NCBI RefSeq assembly: GCF_021028975.2
Contig: NC_059425.1
Location: forward strand, 27,838,001 to 27,902,000
DNA: 64,000 bases
Reading direction: 5' to 3'
From: Sphaerodactylus townsendi
Taxonomy: Eukaryota
In this document: piece after piece, positions 25,501 through 34,406 of the stretch
Layout: each line of letters starts with the position of its first letter
Position numbering within the stretch: the stretch's first letter is position 1
Made by a program: the position numbers and the translations under genes
Notes under the pieces: model-generated
Databases searched by the model: none
Seen by the model: the letters and a program-made list of their open reading frames with translations, nothing else
What the model was told of the DNA's origin: nothing

Positions 25501-28500
25501 ATGAGGCCAGCACTGCTCTTGCCTGCCCAACCCTCACAATATTTTGGGACACCCTTCCAAGAGATATCCATAAGGTCTGATCTGCTGTCATTTTAGGCAA
25601 ACATGTTCTTTTCCCACCAGATGTTCACCGAATTTTACATTCCTGCTGCTGCTGTTAATGTTCACATGTACTGTTTTGAGAACTGTGTTGTGATTGATTA
25701 TTGTCCAGTTGTTGTTACAGTATGCTAAAAGCCATTCTGGCAGCACGTTCAGCTATGAAAACAGGTATAAATAAATGATGGCCTTTGTTTTAAGATCATA
25801 ATAAATCGAATTAAGGATCTGCTTGGTTAGACCAGCGGTCCATCTAGCCTAGCATCCTGTCTCACACTGTGGCCAAACATCAAAGGTCTGGAAGACCAAC
25901 AAACATGGCGCTGGATGCAGGCTTTATGTGCTACATCAGGATAGATCTGAGCCTGCTTCAGCTTCTATTTCCTGAAGGGACAAGATGGGAACGAGGGGCC
26001 TAATGTAAAGATTCAGTTTCCCTGTAGTGTTCCCTGACCACTGCACCATTCTGTCCCCCACCTTCCACAGCAAGCTACCACCTGAGGAAGTGTACGTCCG
26101 TGATCTCTCGCAAGCACAGCCAGCAGAACAGGCACCCACAGACGGTGCAATTCATGCGATTGCAGCTCCCATCATTGATCTTCATGATGAAGGCACCACA
26201 GCGGGGACACACTTTGATGGTTTCGGTGTCTGCTATTAAGGCAAAGGAAACAAAACGGTCAGCACAGTCAGCCTCAAGTGATGGAGCTGTGCCTTAGAGC
26301 AAGCCCTGGCAATGGGTTGCTATTATTATTATGCATTGAATTTATAGCCCGGCCAAGGTCAGGCTCAGGGCAGCGTCCAAAGATATTTAAAACATTCCAT
26401 GAATAAAATAACAAGAAACAACTACTAAATGATACAATCCAGATGGCGAACCTATGGAAAACCACCTGTCTCACCCAAATGCAGTCCTCATTCAAGGAAC
26501 TGCTGAGGGTGGCAGAGCTTCTTCCTTTATGATAGGTAGGACAGTGCAGAATGACATGAGTACATTGGTGGACAAGTATCAGGAGGCTGTCAGATAGGAT
26601 TGGAATGGATGAGTGGCCTCAACCAAAGCCCGGTGGAACATCTCTGTCTTACAAGCCCTGCAGTACTGGTTAAGGTCCCACAGGGCCCTGGTGTCCGCTG
26701 GCAGAGAGTTCCACCAGAGCGGAGAAAGCCCTGGCTCTGGTCGAGGCCAATCAAACATCCTTGGGGCCAGGGACCACCCGTACATTTCTATCAGGGGGCC
26801 GAAGCGTCCTCCATGGGCAATATGGGATGACACGGTTTTGGAGATATGAGGGTTTGAGACCACTCAGGGCCTTAAAGGTTAAAACCAAAACATTGAACCT
26901 GATTCAGAATTCCACCGGCAGCAGGTGCAGCTGCCAGAGCACATATATTATGTGCTCTCTCACCAACACACTGTCAAGGAGCCCAGCAGCTGCATTCTGA
27001 AGCAGTGTCAGCTTCCAAGCCAGTCTCAAAGGCAGGCCCATGTAGGATGAGTTACAGCAGCCTAACCTGGAGGTGATTGTCGCGTGGATCACCATGACCA
27101 GGTCAGGGCGGGATAGGTAAGAGGCCCACTGCCTGGCCTGTCAGAGATGGTAGAAGGCCACCTTCACCGTGTTCATGACCTGGCCCTCCATGGACAGGGA
27201 GCAATCCAAGGTCACACCCAGTCTTTTTACACATGCGGCCGGTTGTAATGCACATCCCCAAAACTTGGCAGCTATAAACCCTCCAGCAGTCCGCCATGAC
27301 CTAGCCACAGGACCTGCATCTTCAGCGAGTTTAACTTTAATCTACTTTTTTCCAACCATCCAGCCACGGCCCCCAAACGCTGGGCCAGAACATCCGGTGC
27401 AGAGACTGTCTGACCATCCATCAACAGAAAAAGCTGGGTGTCATCAGAATATTGATGGCAACCCTGCCCAAAGCTCCAGACATGATGTGCAAGCGGCAGC
27501 ATATAGCCCCCTGCAGCACTCCACAAACAAGGGGATGGTGTCGAGTGTCACCTGCTGTCCCTGGTCCTTGTTGAGGTCAGCCATTTCAAGGATGTTCCCT
27601 GCATCCCAGCATCAGCGAGGCGGTGGGTCAAAAGATCTCGGTCAACCATGTCAAATGTTGCTGTGAGATCTTAATAGCACCAGCAGCACTGACCCGCCTC
27701 AGCCCAGCTTCATCTGGAGTTCATCTGTGATGGTGACCGACATGGTCTGGGTCCTTTGGCCAGGACAGAAGCAAGACTGGAAGGGGTTCAAAACCAATGC
27801 ATCCTCCAGAAACACTTGTAGCTGTTCTGCAGCTGCCCTCTCAACTACCTTTCCCAGAAATGACAAATTCAAAACTGGGCGGTAGTTGCCCAGATCCAGG
27901 GGATCTAATGTTGGCTTCTTTGAGAGTGAGTGCACCAATACCTCTTTTGACCTCTCCAGGAATATTCCCTATGATAGGGAGCAGTTGACAGTTTGCAACA
28001 GGGGGCTCCACAGAACCTCACAACTGGGCTTTACCAGCCATGAGGGACATGGATGCAGAGAGCAAGTGGTAGGTTTTATGGCCATGTGCACTCTGTCAAC
28101 ACCAATAGCCAGCTGATAGGGAACTGCAATGCCCCATTAAGGGGAGCCAAGCCTTATCAGAGAGGTGCTGAGTTCTTCCCTGAGTCCTAGAGGAGGAGGA
28201 AAGTTGGTTTTTATACTCCACTTTTCGCTACCTTTTAAGGAGTCTCAACACAGCTTGCAATCACCTTCCCTTCCCCTCCCCACAACAGGTACCTGGTGAG
28301 GCAAGTGAGAGTTCTGAGCGAACTGTGACTGGCTCAAGATCACCCAGCAGGCTTCATGGGGAGGAGCGGGGAAACAAATCCACTGCAGCAGATTAGAGTC
28401 CACTGCTCTTAACTACTACATCATTCTGGACATTTAAACCCACTAACCAGTCAGAATAAAATTAAATGTTTTGACTTGATGTCTAAAGTTTCAAGAAATG

Positions 28501-31500
28501 GATTGAAGAGGGGATTCCAAAGGCCTTGGTATGACAGAAAAGACTCTCTCGCCTGTTGCCACATTATCTCAGAAGGTAAGGAGAAGAGGCAGGTGCCAGA
28601 AGATCAGGGCAGCTGAACTACTGTCACAAGACAATGTGTGAATTTACCATTGGTTCTCAGAGAAATGGGTGATGGGTAGAGTTCGGAAAAGATGATACCC
28701 CTTCACTCGAGATAGAAACAAACCCAGTTCATAAGATTAGAATCCAGCTACACAAGTGGAGGAGCAGGGAATCAAACCCGGTTCTCCAGATTAGAGTCTA
28801 CTGCTCTTAACCACTACACCACACTCAACTAGATATTAAACTGATAAGAACAGATATTATACTTTATCGTAGCAAAAGGCTGATAAGTGATACAGGGCAT
28901 CCTGGCTCTGGATAAGGGGATGCCACTAATCCCATGGGCAGCTTGGTGTTGAGAGAAAAGAGGCACACAAACACAGGGCTGGAGCGAGGGGGAACTATGC
29001 CCAGGGCACACGTGCGCTCTGCACCCCTGCCCCGGAATGTCCCTGTCATGCCCCCACCCCGGCGCGTGCCCGGTGCATCGCGCCCCCCATATCCCCTTGG
29101 CGCTATGCCATTGCACCTTGCTGGCCTGAACTCACACCTTGCTGGCCTGAACTCACCCCGGGCAGCCTCCTCCTTCTGGATCAACTGGGTAGAGAGTTCC
29201 ACTGTCCCTGCAGTCTGCCGGCTCCATTCCTGCCAGGCCTGCTCACAGGAAGAGTTGGGATGCCAGGGCTGCCGGCAGTGGTAGCAGAACTCTGTCCTGC
29301 AGTCCTGGCGGCCACAGACAAGCCGGGGGCATTCAGCACAGCCGTAGGCTATGACCGCATAGCTAAGGGAAAGAGCAAGAGGAAAGGTGTCAGCCTAGGA
29401 TCAGTGCAACAATTTTACATGCACATTTTCTCCCAAATCAATCCACACTCCATTGCCTCCTCTAAAATAGACAGTGGATTATCCTGCTTTGTCAGACCCA
29501 AGCATCAATTGATCACATAGGGAGATTGGGTGCCAGTCTCTTCAAGATATGACGGAGACTAACGGAAGGTTACAGTCGCCTTTGGGGATGCGGGGTGAGT
29601 GAGCAAAAGCCTGCAGCCAACCAAGTAGTCCCAAAGACCTAAGTGCACTGAAGGGAGTTTTGTTAAGAGGGGTGGAAAGTTCTGCTAATTCCTCCCTCCT
29701 GCTGCAGCCCACTAAGCCCCCAGAATTGCTGCTCCAGTGGGTCAGAAACTACTGTCCACTCTTAAGAAATGTGACTTTGCGTCTTAAGAGTCTGGGCTTG
29801 AATGCAGGACAGAGTCACTAAGGTAGAGCAGATGGTCTCCTATGTGTCAGTTCAGGTGTGGTCCACAGCCCAGAATATCTAGGGGATGATGGGAACTGTA
29901 GTCCATAACATCTGGAGGGCTGCGAGTTTGACACTTGTGGTCTAGATCACAGGGTGGCTGAACGCTACATTCCTGGTAGTCAACAGGCAAAAATCTCTCG
30001 CATGACAGAGCAGCTCCTGGATTGAATATTGCCATAGGGAATCATAGCATTGGAAAGAACCACATAGGCCACCTAGCTGTCCTAGCACAATTCCCTGCTC
30101 AATGGAGGAAAGGCCTAAATTTTTATTTATGTATTAGACTTGCTTTGCTGCCCCTCACCTTATGGGCTCAGGGTGGCACACAACATCTATAATACATACA
30201 AAAAACAAAAATAATACACAGCTAATAAAACATATCTATTGCAAAGATGATGTTTCAAGTCTGGTCTCTTTACAATAATAAGACCCACCACACCGAGGAA
30301 ATCTTAATCAAACAATGGTAGTAATGTTAATGGGGGATGAATGGATTCAAGGTGCAGGCAAAGAGATTCCACCTAAACATTAGGAAGAACTTTCTGACCA
30401 TCAGGATTGTTGGACAGTGGAATTCACTGCCTCAGAGAGTGGTGGAGTCTCCTCCTTTGGAGGTTTTTAAACAGAGGCTGGATGATCGTATGTCAGGAGT
30501 GCTTTGATTGTGTGTTCTTGCATGGCCCTGCATGGACTTGATGGCCCTTGTTATCTCTTCCAACTCTATGATTCTATGAATGGGGGAGGCCTAGAAGGTT
30601 AACAACCTCAACCATAGGCCTGGCAGAGCAGATCTGCCTTGCAGGCCCTGCAGAATTGCATTAGGTCCTGCGGGAGCCTCTCCACCTCCTCACCCCCTGG
30701 GCAGCATTGGATCCTCCAGCAAGATCAGGCTCACACGTAAGCCTTTCTGCTTATCTCCACAACACTTCATGTTCTTCCACCTTGCCTGTTTTTCCATGTG
30801 CTTAGTCACAATCTTTAAGGGTCCTCATTGTGACTGGTTGGAACTGATCCAGTGCAAACCAACTCTGAACATCTGTTGCCTTGAAAACTCTACAGGGCCA
30901 CAACTATGATTGACGGCACTTCCATCACCGTTGTATGGTGCATTTACATTTTTTACGTTTTATCCCTAATTGTCTGTGCTTCTGGTGCCGTCGCAAAACA
31001 CACAGGTACTTGTGTGATATTTTGCCAGGAGGTTCAAGATAAAAGTTAAGGAGTGGTCGGAGGAGCGGAGCGCTTCACAGGCCTCAAAGGGAAGATTTTC
31101 AGTTCAGTGCAACTGCTCTTGCATGCAGCCTGAGCTCATGATTTAAAACAGAAGGAAAGTCAGGGCAAGACAGTCAGCAGTAAGTCAGTGTAGACTCTTT
31201 TTAAGCAGTTCCTGTGTCCTCTGAAATCCCATAGAGATTTTCAAGGTCAGCTTTGATTTTACACAAGGCCAGCACAACTCTAGCATAAAGAAGCCCACAT
31301 AGAAATGAGAGCAAAAATGGGGAATGGTTGTAGTTCAGTGGCAGAACATCTGCTTGGCATACAGAAGGTCCCAGGTTCAATCTTCACCATCTCCAGTTAA
31401 CAAAAAGCACCAGGTAGCAGGTGATATGAAAGACCTCTCCTTGAGACCCCAGTCATCCACTGCTCACCTGATCAGACAAAAGTGATGGACGAAGGCTTTC

Positions 31501-33242
31501 ACGGCCGGATTCAACTGGTTCTGGTGGGTTTTCTGAGCTGCGTGGCCGTGGTCTGGTGGATCTTGTTCCTAACATTTCACCTGCATCTGTGGGCTGGCAT
31601 CTTCAGAGGTGTGTCACAGAGGGAAGTCAGATGCAGATGCAGGCGAAACGTTAGGAACAAGGTCCACCAGACCACGGCCACACAGCCTGGAAAACCCACC
31701 AGAACCAGACAAAAGTGACTTTAATAGATCTGGAATACAATTCAGTATGAGGCAGTTTCATGTGTTCGTGATGAGACCTGTTATTCCCTTGTCTTGCAAT
31801 TGTGGTGAGCAAGAATGTGGCCTTTCTCTCAGCCTACGGAGCCAAACCAGACACCACTGGGAGATTGCATTGCGGAACACTCTCTTAGGACAAAGGCCCA
31901 AATTGTGGTCTGAAGGCAGCAAGGGGGATGGGGAGGTGATTTTGTCTGGGGTCTCCTGTGACTCAGAATGTATTCCAGCCCCCTGAAAAACCTTCAGCTA
32001 CTTCAGTCTCCCACTGCTCCAGAGCTAGAGAGGTCATCCCCACACCCTTTCCTCCATCCCAGCAGAACTTTCTGCTTTGCCTTCCCAATCTGAGATCTCA
32101 CACTGCACTTATGGGGCACTTAGGAAGCAGTAGGACATTCCATCTGGTTATTGGTATATCCAGCCCCCACACTGTCTGCTCTGACTGGCAACAGCTCTCC
32201 AGGGATTCGAGCAGAGATAGCTCTAAATGCCGTTGTTTGAGAGGGCTTTTTAAATGGAAAAACTGAGAACGGACGTTGCCTTTCCAAAAGAGACCAAAAC
32301 AGGGTCTCCGCAAGGTGCCCAGGCCATGCCAGCATCTCTTCTCTGTCTGGCTTCCATCACATAACAAGGATGAAGAAACTACCGGGACCTGCTTGTCTCT
32401 GGACTGTAACATGCAACGCACTTAGACATCTTCTGGAGTTTTGTCTGACCACCTGGCACAAATCTAGGGCTGCACCCAGACTAAATGGAAGGCACTTCCA
32501 TCAATCAAACCTCCTGCCTCCTCCTTGTTCTCTCTGGCATCCATTTGTCTCCTTAAAAGCTGCTCCTGAGGGAGTCTCAAAAACAGCATAAGATGTCTGC
32601 AGCAGGAAGAGGGGAATCGGTGGAAATGACACTAGCAGAAAGTTTAGTCTGGATCTAATGCATTGCGACCCTAGCCAACGGGATAAGGATGCCTTCCCTG
32701 GCCCAAAGGGCAAACTCCCTTTCTCAGTTGCCCTCCCTTCACCTGAGGTCACCACTGCCCTACCTGCAATCTGGAGCAGGGCACCAGCGGGTGCCTGGGT
32801 CAGCCACCAGGAGACGCCGCAGCAGGTATTCTTCATACTTCTCACCCAAGTTGGTCTCCGGGAGTAGCTGATGGATCTCCGAGGGCTGGAGAAGAGCAGG
32901 GCAATGCGGACAGGCCACCTGGACGCGGCTCTCGCTGATCTCGATGCGCAAGTACTGCTGCAAGCAGGTGAGGCAGGACAAGTGGGAGCAGCAGGAGAGT
33001 GCAGGGAAGGCTGCCGGAGGCTGGGGCAGCAGGCACAGTGGGCATTCTAGCAAGCCTTCCTCTTCCTCCTCCTCCTCCTCCTCTTCTTCCTCCTCCTCCT
33101 CCGGCACCAGAGAGATATGGGTCTCTGCAGGGTTGCCCAGAGGGGATTCCAGCTTCCCATCCTGTTCCAAAGTCACTTTGGGTTTTCGTCCGAAAAGGCC
33201 CAGGATGCCGAGGGAGGGAGGGCTCACTTTGGGCCTCTTCAT
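16426..33242 (-). CDS. RNF19-family RBR E3 ubiquitin ligase (RNF19-like, neither RNF19A nor RNF19B), 8 coding exons, 535 aa
   Basis: Exons in transcript order: 33242-32764, 29362-29157, 26232-26082, 24042-23880, 23455-23341, 23160-23023, 17144-16943 and 16579-16426. All GT-AG with compatible phases; 1608 nt with no internal stop. RING1, IBR, RING2 and two hydrophobic segments carry RNF19 signatures ([65 protein letters not shown]). Confidence 0.93.
16943..17144 (-). CDS. RNF19-like coding exon 7
   Basis: [11 protein letters not shown]...[23 protein letters not shown]; polypyrimidine acceptor and donor [15 protein letters not shown] resembles the RNF19A ASTMALAGA/ASTKAMAGS motifs. Confidence 0.85.
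17278..17482 (+). mobile_element. tRNA-derived SINE
   Basis: GGGCTGTGGCTCAG...GGTCCCAAGTTCAATCCCCGGCA head plus the family body. Confidence 0.75.
18933..20650. mobile_element. 1.7-kb non-autonomous hAT-type element with large internal inverted repeats
   Basis: Ends CACTGGCATAATG and CATTACGCCCCTG; perfect 8-bp TSD GAGGTAGG at 18925-18932 and 20651-20658. Confidence 0.88.
19060..19492. mobile_element. Nested hAT MITE, 433 bp
   Basis: TIRs CAGGGGTAGGGAACCT and AGGTTCCCTACGCCTG; perfect 8-bp TSD GGCTAGCG; CpG-rich, so probably young. Confidence 0.92.
21798..21896. repeat. 29-bp tandem repeat, three copies plus a partial
   Basis: Unit ACGTCTCCTATTTTGTGCTAATGTAGAGG. Confidence 0.85.
21895..22099 (+). 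mobile_element. Young CR1-type 3' end
   Basis: Ends in TTCTTATG repeats; about 6 mismatches in ~200 bp versus the reverse complement of 38287-38495. Confidence 0.8.
23023..23160 (-). CDS. RNF19-like coding exon 6 (second hydrophobic segment)
   Basis: [28 protein letters not shown]...ENLAK; donor GTACGT, with an out-of-frame GTGAGT 4 nt further on. Confidence 0.9.
23341..23455 (-). CDS. RNF19-like coding exon 5
   Basis: [38 protein letters not shown]; acceptor TTCCAG, donor GTAAGA. Confidence 0.9.
23691..23783. mobile_element. Short palindromic hAT MITE
   Basis: CAGGTGTCAAACTC...GAGTTTGACACCTA; relatives at ~29873, 38840, 48358, 50275 and 60520. Confidence 0.75.
23880..24042 (-). CDS. RNF19-like coding exon 4 (first hydrophobic segment)
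   Basis: [54 protein letters not shown]; AG and GTGAGG junctions. Confidence 0.93.
24116..24219. mobile_element. Short Penelope-derived insertion
   Basis: End GTGAAAGCCTTTGACAATACA; 13-bp TSD TCTTACTGAGAAC. Confidence 0.8.
24820..25116 (+). mobile_element. Sauria-type SINE, full length
   Basis: Head GAGCCAGCGTGATGTAGTGGTTAAGAGC, tail ATAAATCCAAACT followed by CTC repeats. Confidence 0.85.
26082..26232 (-). CDS. RNF19-like coding exon 3 (RING2/Rcat)
   Basis: [51 protein letters not shown]; NAGNAG acceptor TAGCAG. Confidence 0.93.
26560..28115 (-). mobile_element. Degraded L2/CR1-clade LINE reverse transcriptase fragment
   Basis: Frameshifted peptides [37 protein letters not shown] and QLHLLPVEF in ORFs 27699-27938, 27272-27526 and 26904-27095. 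Confidence 0.85.
28195..28425 (-). mobile_element. Sauria-type SINE
   Basis: Reverse-complement similarity to 24820-25116. Confidence 0.7.
28974..29113. mobile_element. Short hAT-type MITE related to 54434-54899
   Basis: The end CCCCTTGGCGCTATGCCATTG is the reverse complement of the 54434 terminus; no TSD recognised. Confidence 0.6.
29157..29362 (-). CDS. RNF19-like coding exon 2 (IBR domain)
   Basis: [42 protein letters not shown]...; acceptor CCCTTAG, donor GTGAGT. Confidence 0.93.
30347..30578 (+). mobile_element. CR1 LINE 3' end
   Basis: [12 protein letters not shown]-type end of ORF2 and an ATTCTATG-type tail. Confidence 0.85.
31486..31705. mobile_element. Palindromic Penelope-derived insertion inside a tRNA-derived SINE (31321-31765)
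   Basis: 13-bp TSD CAGACAAAAGTGA; long inverted arms; hammerhead remnants on both strands. Confidence 0.8.
32764..33242 (-). CDS. RNF19-like coding exon 1 (start, poly-E tract, RING1, start of IBR)
   Basis: [22 protein letters not shown]...E15-GLLECPLC...[10 protein letters not shown]...CPHC...RWCPAPDC; donor AG|GTAGGG; the exon acceptor is at 33453. Confidence 0.92.
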
Positions 33243-34163
33243 GCTGGAGACGAGGAAGGGGCAGCTCAACGAGGAGGCAGGCAGCCGTCAGGACATGGCG
33301 CTCCCCAGCCAGGATGAGTAGCAGAGACAGAGAGTCCCTCCAGACACAGGTGTCTACCCCATTCCCAGCATCTCCAAGGCCTTTCTCTCAGCTGGCTCTG
33401 AGAGCAAGGAGCTGTGCTATCGACACCTTCCTTCTCATCAAAGTCTGTGAACCTGGAAGAGGTGACAGGAGAAGAGGCAGACAAGGAGCTCAGTCATGAT
33501 TTCCAACTAGTCTGGTCTGACGCTGTATGCTTGGGCTGCCAGCTCTGGCTTGGGGAATTCCTGGGGAGTTAGAGGTGGTGCCTGAGGGTGCAGGAATCTG
33601 AGGATGGGAAGGAGCTTGGCAGGGATATGAGTCTACTCTCTGAAGTGGTCCTTCCCCTCCATGAGAACTGAGCTATGTAGACTGGAGATCAGTGTAATTT
33701 TAAGGCAATTCCAGACCCCACCTGGAGGTTGGCAGCGCTGTCCAGTCTGGCTGGCCTGTAGGATTTTTACCAGGAGTGGGGAAGTACCTGAGGGAACAGG
33801 CAGGAGATGGAGAAGGGAGGGAGAGCTTGCCAGGGGCCGAGAAGTCACTGAAGGACCTGCTCTGCCCCTCTCTGGGACTGAAAGCATAAAGGGGACCCCG
33901 GAGCTTCTCCTGCAAGGCTATCCACTGTCTCTTTAGCACAGAGAAGCTGTGGATTTGTTGATTCTCGCAGTCTTCCTGGGCATTGGAGGCCCTAGCTGGC
34001 CTCCCCCGCTCCCTTCATCAAGAGAGGGCATCCCAGCCCAGCAGTCAAGGAGACCCAGACGTCAGCCTGTCCTTTAACAGCAGCTGGAGCTGGCTCGATC
34101 CTTGCAGCGGTGTTGCCTGGGCAACTAGGAGGGGACCAGGAAGGATGAAGGATGCTAGCTTAC

Positions 34164-34406
34164 CTGCCTCTTGCTCCCTGAGCCCCTGCCTTGCTTCGGC
34201 TGCTCCTTCACTGAGCCCCCCTCCCCCAGCCACTGCACACTCTGCACTCCGGTGAGTGCACAGCATCCTGGGAAGTGTAGTCCATCCCCATGATCTGCCG
34301 GCTCGTTGACTTCACAGAAAAGGTATCCCTGAATTCTTCAGACTCTAATGCCACTCCTGCACCTGGAAGTAGTCTCTGTTGGGAAGAGTCTTCAGCAAGA
34401 GAAGTT
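34164..34406 (-). other. Candidate 5' non-coding exon or promoter-proximal exon of the RNF19-like gene
   Basis: Strong donor CAG|GTAAGC at 34163 and a polypyrimidine acceptor TTTTTCCCTCTCACAG at 34407. It contains a ZNF143-type motif, so transcription may start inside it. Confidence 0.45.
34258..34283 (-). promoter_or_regulatory. ZNF143/THAP11 (SBS) motif upstream of the RNF19-like gene
   Basis: The minus strand reads GGACTACACTTCCCAGGATGCTGTGC, close to the ACTACAnTTCCCAGnATGC consensus, and no MITE TIRs flank it. Confidence 0.5.

Noticed and set aside
33266-33484. 72-aa ORF as an N-terminal extension of the RNF19-like protein
   Set aside because: It is in a different frame, stops at 33266, has no ATG start and shows no RNF19 similarity.
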